From: Candidatus Thorarchaeota archaeon
GTDB lineage: Archaea > Asgardarchaeota > Heimdallarchaeia > Hodarchaeales > Hodarchaeaceae
Assembly: GCA_048882505.1 (NCBI GenBank)
Contig: JBHLRO010000002.1
Location: forward strand, 120,001 to 152,000
DNA: 32,000 nt
Direction: 5' to 3'
Each line of letters opens with the position of its first letter. Positions within the stretch are counted from its first letter, which is position 1. The position numbers and the translations under genes were made by a program. Below are positions 1-8,977 of this stretch, one piece after another. A model generated the notes under the pieces. It made no database searches. It was not told where the DNA came from and saw nothing but the letters and a program-made list of their open reading frames with translations.

Positions 1-1
1 T

Positions 2-700
2 GAACTCATTGAACAGGGTAAAAGGGCAGCAGCCATCCAGGCGGTCGAAAACCATATTGAGCCCGGGATGGTGATCGGCATAGGCAGTGGTTCGACCGTT
101 GTTCATGTTGTTAAACAGCTGGCTGCTTTGAACCAAACGAAGGATTTGGCTCTAAAATGTGTTCCAACCTCATATCAAACTGAAGATCTTATTATTGAAC
201 ATGGTTTACGATTGGCATCCTTGGATGAGTTTCCAACTATTGATATCGCTATCGATGGTGCAGATGAGATTGATCAACATTTGAATGCGATCAAAGGGGG
301 TGGTGGATGTTTGGTTCGAGAAAAAATTGTCGCAGCAAGCGCAAACAAGTTCATTTTGGTAGTTGATTATCGTAAACACTCGCAGGCTCTTGGGGAGAAG
401 TGGAAAAAAGGGGTTCCTATCGAAATCATTCCATTTGCACGGAGCCCCCTAATCGAAAGGTTGCGTGGGCTAGGAGGAAAACCAACACTTCGACAGGCAC
501 AAGTTAAAATGGGCCCACTTGTTACTGACAATGGAAATTTTATCATTGACGTGGATTTTGGGATCATTAACAATCCCAGCGAACTGCATCAATCCTTACT
601 TGCTCTTCCAGGCGTAGTGGATGTCGGTCTCTTTATTGGGATGGCCTCGGCCGCCTACATTGGCCAACAGGATGGAACGATTCTGGTACTCTGTAAATAA
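2..700 (+). CDS. rpiA: Ribose-5-phosphate isomerase A (5'-truncated by window edge)
   Basis: Motifs GIGSGST, DIAIDGADE and IKGGGG..REK. The frame is open to position 2 (ELIEQGKRAAAIQAVENHIEPGMVIG...), so the real start lies upstream of the window. Confidence 0.97.
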   Translation, partial: ELIEQGKRAAAIQAVENHIEPGMVIGIGSGSTVVHVVKQLAALNQTKDLALKCVPTSYQTEDLIIEHGLRLASLDEFPTIDIAIDGADEIDQHLNAIKGGGGCLVREKIVAASANKFILVVDYRKHSQALGEKWKKGVPIEIIPFARSPLIERLRGLGGKPTLRQAQVKMGPLVTDNGNFIIDVDFGIINNPSELHQSLLALPGVVDVGLFIGMASAAYIGQQDGTILVLCK

Positions 701-716
701 CGTAACCTCTGATAAT

Positions 717-1193
717 TCACGGCCCCATCATTGTAAACCTAGACCCAAATACATAGAATAGGATGTAAACCATTATAAGAATGCCAGATATTGCCATTAT
801 GATGTACATGGGATTTTTCATGAAGAATTGAGGTCCTGACATGCCCATACCCATCCTTCTCCTCCTCCTTTCTACTCTCCTATAAGAGGGCCGATATGAA
901 TTAGGTTCGAAGGTGGAGATAGGTTCGGATTCAATAGTCCGCGTAGTGGAGGCTGTCCTAGTAATTGCGGGTGTCTCAGTATTGACTTCTCCTCTTAATA
1001 CTCTCTTGAAAGAAATCGGAATTTCGGGAAACCATTCGAATGGTGTATCGCAATAGGGACATTTATTTACCCCAGCTTGGAAAGATTGCCTGATTGAGTC
1101 CAAACAATATTTTCTTCCACATTCGGGGCAAGACGCACCCTCTATCTGTTCATGATGGCTTGTTTCACACAATCCACAATAATATTTAGCCAC
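717..1193 (-). CDS. RING-like (C4C4-type) zinc-finger protein with C-terminal transmembrane anchor
   Basis: N-terminus has C-x2-C-x12-C-x2-C-x4-C-x2-S-x11-C-x2-C. It is followed by a Thr/Ser/Pro linker, an Arg-rich patch and a hydrophobic helix PMYIIMAISGILIMVYILFYVFG near the C-terminus. Confidence 0.7.
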   Translation of the reverse strand: MAKYYCGLCETSHHEQIEGASCPECGRKYCLDSIRQSFQAGVNKCPYCDTPFEWFPEIPISFKRVLRGEVNTETPAITRTASTTRTIESEPISTFEPNSYRPSYRRVERRRRRMGMGMSGPQFFMKNPMYIIMAISGILIMVYILFYVFGSRFTMMGP

Positions 1194-1542
1194 CTTTACT
1201 TCCCTCGGATCTAAAAAGTACTCTATATGCCTCCAATGTAATATGCTCCTTAGTACTGGCAGCTAACGCTTTAATGTAGAGTTGGTGGCACCTCGATTAT
1301 AAATACATTATGGTGACAAACAATACTCAATATCAATGAGGTACATTCCTTCTTTAAAAATACGTTATTAAATCGCAACGAATGCAAGTTCAAAGAATAA
1401 TCGGCTAGTTTCTCTTTCTGAGGATATTCGTGTTTACCTGCTTGAGGAAATATCAAATTTTCTAAAAAACGGTATTCTGAATGCAAGTCTGTATTCTCGA
1501 ATTATTTCGAGGACTGTTATGAATGGGAAAAATTGTACCTAA

Positions 1543-1746
1543 TTGTTGCAGTCTCATCAGCCCACACAACGAAATTGGGCTCTATTTACGATAATAGCGG
1601 AACTACTTCGTTTTTTGCCGTATTTGCCATTGATTTTTGGTTTGCATCAAAAACCTGAAGCTCTTATTGGTTTAGCGTTTCCTTTTGCCTTGATTTTTTG
1701 GTTGGGTTGGGCTGCTTTGGTCTCCTTTAAAATAAGAACCAGTTAA
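1543..1746 (+). CDS. Possible small membrane protein or gene remnant (67 aa)
   Basis: Two hydrophobic segments, TTG start, no recognisable family. It sits in an otherwise unexplained AT-rich gap. Confidence 0.3.
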   Translation: MLQSHQPTQRNWALFTIIAELLRFLPYLPLIFGLHQKPEALIGLAFPFALIFWLGWAALVSFKIRTS

Positions 1747-1807
1747 GTCTTAAGGATGCCCCGAAAAGCGGCGAGTTCGGCGCTTGAACAAAAACCTTAG
1801 CAGATAG

Positions 1808-3748
1808 CTATTGGCTTGTCTTCATATAGTACTGATATACGTCATTCCAGTCCGAAATGTCGTCTACATCCATATCTTCTCTAATATACAAAAATCGAGC
1901 ATTTCGTAAAGAAAATTTATCCTCTCGTCTCACAATGCCTAAACTATCAATGGTGATAACGATTTGAGGGTCTACGGCAAACCCCCAGCTTTCTTTTAGC
2001 TGTGTAAAACGTCCCCGAGATTCGATATCTGTCCTTAAATCCATTAATTGCGCATTAGGAGGAATCAGTCCATTAGATAGAATAATCTCAGCTAATCTTG
2101 ACCCTGCACGTACATCTAGTCCACGAATCATCCCCAAATTTGTATATCCTTCTTCACGTCTCACAGCATATCTGAGTCCCCATACCCTCAGACGAGCATT
2201 TTCTTGTATGGGAATAATTCCTGTGATTGTCACATCTAAAGTTTCTTTTGGTTTTAGCTTATACCAATGTTTTGACCGTTTTCCTAACTCATATACTCCT
2301 TTCGGGAACTTAACAATGGCGCCTTCATGTTTTGTATCTATAAAGTTATTGTAGGCCCGAATGAGTTCCAAATTATTCTTTGCAAATACTGTTTGAACCT
2401 CACGGATCTCTAATCCATTAATAGGGCCTCGAGCTTTCATTGCAGAAACTAATTGATGACGAATTTGTATTCGATTCTCATACGGTAGGTTAATTGTCTC
2501 GACACCATTTAGGTACAAGACGTCAAATACGACATAAATTGGTCTAACTGACTCCATTCCGTATTTTACGGCTTCATGGAGTTCATAGACATTTAAATAA
2601 CGAGGGCCTTCTACGGTCCATTGCTGTGCGGTGATTTCTCCGTCTAAGATAGCAGAATATGCAGGAATCCGATTTAATAGCTGTGTTATAACCGGGTATT
2701 TGTATGTATAATCCTTTCTTCTTCTAGAAAAACAGCCAATCTTATTTCCAAGTTTATGGATTAATAGTCTCACTCCGTCATATTTTGCTTCTGCGTAAAC
2801 TGGAAATTTCGCTTGTTTTTCCCATTTTTCGGCCAGCATCGGCTTGAAAGGGCGAAATGGAAACAACCGTTCGAATTGCTGAAGAACTTCATTATTTTGA
2901 ACTAATTGGGCTATATCGGTAAAAGAATGCATAGAAATAAGGCGTTCAAGCATTTTATACTCAATATCAAAAGCTTTTGAGAATGCACGAACTAAACTCG
3001 ATGTTCTTGATATCTGGTCATGAAACCTGTTTACTTGGGAAGCTAGAAAGAAGACTTCGATTTTTCCCATCTGTTCCAAGAGTTCAGAGAAAACTGCCAT
3101 TTTAATTGAAGTTTTTGAGTCTTCAGCCAAGGCATCACCGACTGCTAAAACCTCAGCGGTCGTTAAATTTCCCCGTTCCTTGTTGATGAATGACGCTACA
3201 GCCGCTGGCCATTCCCCGTATAGTTCTCCTAGCCTTCTTCTTTCTATTTCAGTCGTGGTTGCTTCGATGTTTACTCGCTTCAGTGCTTGCTCAAAACGCG
3301 TACGTCCTATTCCCATCCGGTTGAAACTCGTTTCTCCCTCTAAAATACTAATCTTCTGTGTTAACGTTAAGCCATTATCATGCTTTAAGTACCATTCTAA
3401 CCGTTCGTCGGTATTTTTAAGATGTGGATAGTTTAGATTGAAGAATTTACGGAATGTAAATGCTTTATTCTTGTACGGCGTAAGTATGTCCCGACAAATC
3501 GCATAAAAGCTTACTGAAGATAAATCGGTAAATGAAAGCGTCTGATTTTTTTTGAGAGCCTGAATAATCACGTATGCGAAATGCAATGGGAGTTGATAGG
3601 AATTTGCTACTTCGAAATATGAATTGAGATCCAGTTCCTTTAGATTGGTGATTTGTTTAATCTCTGCTTGTAAATTGGCAAATTCCTCATCCGATTCAAT
3701 AACGGATCTTTCATATGAAGTAAGAATCATTTTGGCATTTATTCCCAA
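1808..3748 (-). CDS. lig: ATP-dependent DNA ligase, divergent paralog (DBD + adenylation + OB domains)
   Basis: Motif I EAKYDGVR, III ILDGEI, IIIa YVVFDVLYLNG, IV EGAIVK, V WYKLKP, and a motif VI-like SLRNARFLYIREDM. A DBD-like helical region (RMGIGR...LTTAEV...) is present. The start is TTG 3748 or ATG 3730. Confidence 0.9.
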   Translation of the reverse strand: MGINAKMILTSYERSVIESDEEFANLQAEIKQITNLKELDLNSYFEVANSYQLPLHFAYVIIQALKKNQTLSFTDLSSVSFYAICRDILTPYKNKAFTFRKFFNLNYPHLKNTDERLEWYLKHDNGLTLTQKISILEGETSFNRMGIGRTRFEQALKRVNIEATTTEIERRRLGELYGEWPAAVASFINKERGNLTTAEVLAVGDALAEDSKTSIKMAVFSELLEQMGKIEVFFLASQVNRFHDQISRTSSLVRAFSKAFDIEYKMLERLISMHSFTDIAQLVQNNEVLQQFERLFPFRPFKPMLAEKWEKQAKFPVYAEAKYDGVRLLIHKLGNKIGCFSRRRKDYTYKYPVITQLLNRIPAYSAILDGEITAQQWTVEGPRYLNVYELHEAVKYGMESVRPIYVVFDVLYLNGVETINLPYENRIQIRHQLVSAMKARGPINGLEIREVQTVFAKNNLELIRAYNNFIDTKHEGAIVKFPKGVYELGKRSKHWYKLKPKETLDVTITGIIPIQENARLRVWGLRYAVRREEGYTNLGMIRGLDVRAGSRLAEIILSNGLIPPNAQLMDLRTDIESRGRFTQLKESWGFAVDPQIVITIDSLGIVRREDKFSLRNARFLYIREDMDVDDISDWNDVYQYYMKTSQ

Positions 3749-4848
3749 AACTTGGCCGGAAACTGATGATCGCTGGGTTGCGTAGGATCCGGACGTATCA
3801 TTCCATTATCATCGAACATAATTTTTACCGGGAAGTCTAATGTATGACACACTTTGGAGCGCGCATTAATCACGGTAATTTTCTCACGATATTGGGATCC
3901 CCAGATCTCAGCTTGCGCTTTAGACGCCATAGACATTTCTGAGATATGTAATGCTACCTCACTGGTATGAAACAACGCCTCGCCACCTTGTGGCTGTCCA
4001 GTGTCCTTAACCTGACCTATAACAACACAGGTTATCCCTTTTTCGTGGTTATAGGTTTTTAACGCATTAAGATTATCTACAGTGTTTAATTTTGACGGAT
4101 CCAACATATTTATTGAATCTATGATGGTAAATCGGCATTCTAACTCCTCAACAGCGTATCGATAATCCCGGATAAATTCCTCCCAGCTTTTCCCTTTATG
4201 ATATTGATTCGGGATCACAATGTACATATCATCATATTTCTGCCTGAATTTCTTTTCTGATAGTCCTGAAATTATTTCAGCTATTTTCAAGAACCGAGAG
4301 AACAAATCATTTCTGCCAGACCCTTTATCGTCAAAAAATCCTTCCTCTGCCACAACATAGGCCGTTTTGATATCATTCATGACTGCATGGACTATCATTT
4401 CCAATGCAGATCTGGTTTTGCCACTATAAGCGGGTCCAGTGAGTGTACAGGTACAGCCTTTTGGGATCCCCTCCAAGGGCATATTATCATCGTTCAAAAA
4501 CAGTTTAGCATAAAGTGGATGAACATTCAGCCCTTCTTGAGCGACTATCCCCCTTTCCAAGGTTTTTGGCAGTATAATATCATGGGGAACCGCTTCCACG
4601 ATTTCTTCGGTCTGTTGGAATGGACTCGAACTGTCCCATTGGCCTGGCATTGCTCCAGCACTCATCATTGACTGCATCGTTTGCATCATTTGTGTCATTA
4701 AAGCCATCTGGTCAGGAATTCCGGAGGGGGCTTGAGGGGGTGAAACCTGAGGGATTTCCTCGGTTGAACCTGGAGGATAAGACGAATCAGGTATAGTATC
4801 TTCTTCAGTTTTTTCATCAAAAAACGATGCTTTCTTTTTCTTTGCCAT
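3739..4848 (-). CDS. RecA-superfamily KaiC-domain (aRadC-like) ATPase with disordered N-terminal extension
   Basis: Walker A GPAYSGKT, catalytic EE (VVAEE), Walker B TIIDS, and GQ..GGEALFH. The C-terminal insert pattern resembles AF_0795-type single-domain KaiC proteins. The first ~85 aa are low-complexity. Confidence 0.8.
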   Translation of the reverse strand: MAKKKKASFFDEKTEEDTIPDSSYPPGSTEEIPQVSPPQAPSGIPDQMALMTQMMQTMQSMMSAGAMPGQWDSSSPFQQTEEIVEAVPHDIILPKTLERGIVAQEGLNVHPLYAKLFLNDDNMPLEGIPKGCTCTLTGPAYSGKTRSALEMIVHAVMNDIKTAYVVAEEGFFDDKGSGRNDLFSRFLKIAEIISGLSEKKFRQKYDDMYIVIPNQYHKGKSWEEFIRDYRYAVEELECRFTIIDSINMLDPSKLNTVDNLNALKTYNHEKGITCVVIGQVKDTGQPQGGEALFHTSEVALHISEMSMASKAQAEIWGSQYREKITVINARSKVCHTLDFPVKIMFDDNGMIRPDPTQPSDHQFPAKFWE

Positions 4849-5083
4849 AAGCCGTTCAACTATTGATGGTGTTTTTCCTGTCTTTAATACGTGAGACTTA
4901 CAATTACCTTAGGTGGTATTATTTTAATCGGATCGATTTCAATTTTATTGCATTATTTTCTAATAAAATTTCAGTCTTCCGTTGAATTAAGCTCAGAAAG
5001 GTAATATGAGTGATCACAGGCATGGTCAATAGCAATTCAAATTTGACTCTTCCCCTTCTTTCGTGTGGAGATTTGACTTTTAG

Positions 5084-6112
5084 ATGAGTGAAATTGTAGA
5101 AATCGATGGAACAATTGGTGGGGGATCTGTCCTGCGATTGGGAATTCCTCTAGCTATCGCGTTAGGAAAAAGTTTACGTGTGACCAATGTTCGTCAAGTC
5201 AGAGAGAGAAGGAAGGGATTACAGGTACAACATCTTACTGGATTGAATTTTCTCTCTCAGTTGACTGGAAGTCAATTGCTGGGAGCTTCAATCGGATCTT
5301 CGGAAATTTACCTCACGCCTGGAACAAATTCGCCCCCAATGGATTTCCTGCCCAAAATTCAAATTCCAACCGCTGCAGCGGTCTCATTAATTATACAAGT
5401 CCTTTCTAATTTTGTTTTTGCTTCCAAAAAGCCATTGGCTTTTGAATTTGAGGGTGGTGGCACCCATGTGGCCCATAGTCCCAATTTTGATATTTTAATG
5501 CAAGTGAATAAGCCACTATTCGAATTGTTCGGTTTACGAATGCATATTCAACTGCGTAGACCAGGCTTTTATCCGAAGGGAGGAGCAAAGGGACGAGTTT
5601 TATTCGAACCTGTGCCTTTCACAAAAACAATCCTTAGAACAGGTGATGTCAAGGAAATTGAAGTCATAGGTAGTGCTTCAGCCTCATTACGATCTCAAAA
5701 AATCGCAGAAAGAATATTAAGTGGATATCGGTCCATTATTCCACCTAATAAGGAATTCGCTGGATATGCTGAGGCGGATAACCCAGGATATGCCTGTAGC
5801 GCAATAATAAGATATGACGGAAATTCCCTTAAGGGACTAGCATGTGTGGGTAGTCAAAACAGTACGCCAGAAGACATCGGAAAAGAAACCGCGTATATGG
5901 TGAAGGAGGAACTAGAGAATAACGCAACGGTGGATGAACAATTGGCTGATCAATTAATCTTGCCCCTTGCTTTGGCCCCACGCGGGTCGTCTTACACTTT
6001 TGATAAATTGTACGAACACGTGGAAACCAATTTGAAGGTAATAAAGCATTTACTGGGGGATGTGCTTGATCTCCAAGAAAAAAAGAAAATGTACCGGCTT
6101 ATAAAGACATAG
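5084..6112 (+). CDS. rtcA: RNA 3'-terminal phosphate cyclase
   Basis: IDG..GGG..LR, GLQVQHLT, GFYPKGG, VDEQLADQLI, and the adenylated His in EHVETN. Confidence 0.92.
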   Translation: MSEIVEIDGTIGGGSVLRLGIPLAIALGKSLRVTNVRQVRERRKGLQVQHLTGLNFLSQLTGSQLLGASIGSSEIYLTPGTNSPPMDFLPKIQIPTAAAVSLIIQVLSNFVFASKKPLAFEFEGGGTHVAHSPNFDILMQVNKPLFELFGLRMHIQLRRPGFYPKGGAKGRVLFEPVPFTKTILRTGDVKEIEVIGSASASLRSQKIAERILSGYRSIIPPNKEFAGYAEADNPGYACSAIIRYDGNSLKGLACVGSQNSTPEDIGKETAYMVKEELENNATVDEQLADQLILPLALAPRGSSYTFDKLYEHVETNLKVIKHLLGDVLDLQEKKKMYRLIKT

Positions 6113-6226
6113 TCAGCATGGCAAGCTTCATCAAATTCCTGGAAGTGAGCCATGAAACGAAAACCATGAGAAGAAATTATTTATAGATACAAACTGTGAG
6201 GGAGTTGATTTTTTTAAAATTCAGAG

Positions 6227-6550
6227 GTGAATTATGAAATGGCTGGAGATTTACCATTAATAGAAATTGTACCACTAGCTACCGCAATACTAACAATAAT
6301 TATAGCAGTTTTCGCTCTCTATAAATATATTAGGATAGAAAAAAAACAAAGCGATTTAGTAATCGGGATAGCGTTTCTATTATTAACATTGGCAATGGTG
6401 GTCTTGTTTATAGAAGTATTCAACTCCTCCTTCTTTTCTGATATGGGATTAGGTGGATTGGACGTTTGGTTAACGTTTCTAGGATTCTTGGTATTCCTAA
6501 TTACGATTGAGCCTATGAAAGTAATCAATCATTTTCGAGAGAATAGATAA
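6227..6550 (+). CDS. Small membrane protein, about 3 TM helices
   Basis: Three hydrophobic stretches, an upstream GAGG, and a T-tract immediately after the stop. Confidence 0.65.
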   Translation: MNYEMAGDLPLIEIVPLATAILTIIIAVFALYKYIRIEKKQSDLVIGIAFLLLTLAMVVLFIEVFNSSFFSDMGLGGLDVWLTFLGFLVFLITIEPMKVINHFRENR

Positions 6551-6563
6551 CCCCTATAATTCC

Positions 6564-6576
6564 TTTTTTTTTCTTT
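6564..6576 (+). terminator. Archaeal oligo-T terminator candidate
   Basis: TTTTTTTTTCTTT 13 nt after the 6550 stop codon. Confidence 0.5.
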
Positions 6577-6630
6577 ACGATTTTATGCCTTATCCATCAG
6601 AAATGATCATAGTGCTCAATTTTTCTCGGA

Positions 6631-7305
6631 TTAATATAGGAAGGTATTAATCGATATGAGGATGCCTTGTATTTCTGGTATTTCTCACCAAAAGCTTTTT
6701 CCAAAAGATCCTCCTCATATTTCAACCGTTTTTTAAATATCCAAAGATTTAAGACAAATGTTATCAACGAAACAAATATTGATTGGCTTATCAAGGCAAA
6801 CCCTATTACACCAAAGAGAGTACCTGAATACATAGGATGACGGAGATATTTGTAAAGTCCTGTGGTTACCAATTCATGATTTTCCCTTACTACTAGAGTA
6901 CCCGTCCCCTGTCTCCCCAATTAATCCTTGCCATTACAACAATAATTGCGGCTATTAAATAGGCAAACAATCCAGTCCAAGAAAGAACATCCAATCGTGT
7001 ATCGAATAAAATATTGTGCTCTTCAAGTGCCAACACGAAGAGAAAAGGATTTGCTAAGAATAAAAAGACGAAAAAAAAGCATCATTTCCTGCTTCCCTTT
7101 CTTGTTTTTCTAAAGGTCGTACCAGGGTATCAATACTACCTGCCACATACAAGATCATGATATAGGCCAAATAGAAAAAGTCGCGAAATATTACTGGTTT
7201 GAAGAAGAAAAAAACCAGATTATAATAAATCACATAAAAAAAGGTTATGAAGAATGCCTTTCGCAGAACAGTGTCTGGATCCGTGAGAGAAACACCAAAT
7301 TTCAC
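6631..7305 (-). pseudogene. Isoprenylcysteine carboxyl methyltransferase (ICMT/Ste14) family protein, split by three -1 frameshifts
   Basis: The C-terminal fragment has HELVTTGLYKYLRHPMYSG and EEDLL..FGEKY..YK. The N-terminal ORF 7054-7305 and a middle frame (FVFLFLANPFLFVLALEEH...MARIN) join if one T is added at each of three sites, giving 225 aa ending LIPFLY*. Confidence 0.85.
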
Positions 7306-7534
7306 TAGGAGTTAGTTATTTTATAAGTTCTAAATCAGGATCATTCAGCTCAGCTTTTGCCTTATTGACTCTATATTGAACAAAATCGATTTCAAAGAAT
7401 TTTACATATCTAAATCGTGTTTCAACTAATTAAAAATTACCTACCCGATTTTTTCCATGTATACTTAGAGAAGATCGGAATAAATAAAAAATTTTTGATC
7501 CTCTGCTTAAGTAATACATTAAAGGGGTTCTAAG

Positions 7535-8977
7535 ATGAAATCGGCAGACAGTTTGGACTTAAACACTCAAACCAGAGTAATTCTTTGGCAAAAATTATCA
7601 AATCTTATTGAAGAATATATCACTGGTGTATCTCAAACTCGGGTTGCTCCTGAATTAGACGTTCAGAAGATTAGATCATTCATACAATCTGTGTCCTTTG
7701 ATAATCCTATCAATCCATTAGACGCCCTAGATTTTGTTTATCGTGCACTGTGGCGATACCAGGTTCACACCCCTCACCCTCGGTATTTTGGATTGTTCAA
7801 TCCTGCCTCTACGACGATGAGCATTGTAGCTGATACGCTTGTTGCGACTTTCAATCCCCAATTAGCAGCATGGAGTCATAGCCCCTTTGCAGCCGAAGTT
7901 GAACGCAATTTAGTTCAAACCTTAGGAACGCAGTTTGGATATAAGACGAACGATGTTGATGGAACTTTTACCACGGGGGGCGCAGAGGCAAACTTTACTG
8001 CAATACTTACCTCTCTAACTCATAAATTTCCTGAATTTAATTCCAATGGGATTAATGGTCTTAATACACAACCAATTCTTTATGTTTCTTCAGAAAGTCA
8101 TCATTCTTTGGTAAGGGCGGCCCGTATGTCAGGGATAGGTAGTAACGCAGTCCGAAGCGTGCCTGTGGACGAATCATTGAAAATGGATTTGGATTTTCTT
8201 GTTAAACTAATTAAAAAGGATGTTAATGCCGGACAAACGCCTTTTCTGGTTGTCGGCACCGCAGGTACGACAAATGCTGGAGTAATTGACCCTATTTCTG
8301 CTATTGCTGAAGTCGCTGCTCAATACAATCTTTGGTTTCATGTAGATGCGGCCTGGGGTGGTGCAGCAGTTTTCCTTCCAGAGCTTCGTTTTGTCCTTCA
8401 AGGTATAGAATATGCGGATTCTATTACATTTGATACTCATAAATGGTTATCCGTATCTATGAGCGCTGGACTTTTTCTTACTCGTCATAAAACCATACTA
8501 GAAGACACTTTTAAAATAAAAACAGATTATATGCCGAAAGATGCAAAGGGACTACCCGTTATTGACCCTTATAGTCATTCTGTCCAATGGTCTCGACGTT
8601 TTATCGGATTAAAGGTTTTTATGTCCCTTGCTGTTGCTGGATGGGAAGGATATATCAACGCAATTCGAAATCAGGTATCAATGGGGAATCTTCTCCGTCG
8701 AGAGCTTGAAAAAACGTCGTGGCAGGTCGTAAATAAGACTGAATTACCTGTAGTATGTTTTATGGATAATAGTGTCTCAACTGAAAACCATGATAAATTC
8801 ATAAAGACTATGGGTGATAAAATTATTTCATCTGGAAAAGCGTGGATTTCCACAACGTATCTTAACAGCAAATTACCAGTATTACGAGCATGCATAACAA
8901 ATTATAGAACCGATACTGAAGATGTACTAGCTTTAGTAAATATTCTCGAAGAAACAAGATTAAATTTGCAACAATAA
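7535..8977 (+). CDS. PLP-dependent group II amino-acid decarboxylase (aromatic-L-amino-acid/glutamate/DABA decarboxylase family)
   Basis: GTFTTGGAEAN, GTAGTTNAGVID, HVDAAWGG, and the PLP lysine in DSITFDTHKWL. Confidence 0.92.
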   Translation: MKSADSLDLNTQTRVILWQKLSNLIEEYITGVSQTRVAPELDVQKIRSFIQSVSFDNPINPLDALDFVYRALWRYQVHTPHPRYFGLFNPASTTMSIVADTLVATFNPQLAAWSHSPFAAEVERNLVQTLGTQFGYKTNDVDGTFTTGGAEANFTAILTSLTHKFPEFNSNGINGLNTQPILYVSSESHHSLVRAARMSGIGSNAVRSVPVDESLKMDLDFLVKLIKKDVNAGQTPFLVVGTAGTTNAGVIDPISAIAEVAAQYNLWFHVDAAWGGAAVFLPELRFVLQGIEYADSITFDTHKWLSVSMSAGLFLTRHKTILEDTFKIKTDYMPKDAKGLPVIDPYSHSVQWSRRFIGLKVFMSLAVAGWEGYINAIRNQVSMGNLLRRELEKTSWQVVNKTELPVVCFMDNSVSTENHDKFIKTMGDKIISSGKAWISTTYLNSKLPVLRACITNYRTDTEDVLALVNILEETRLNLQQ

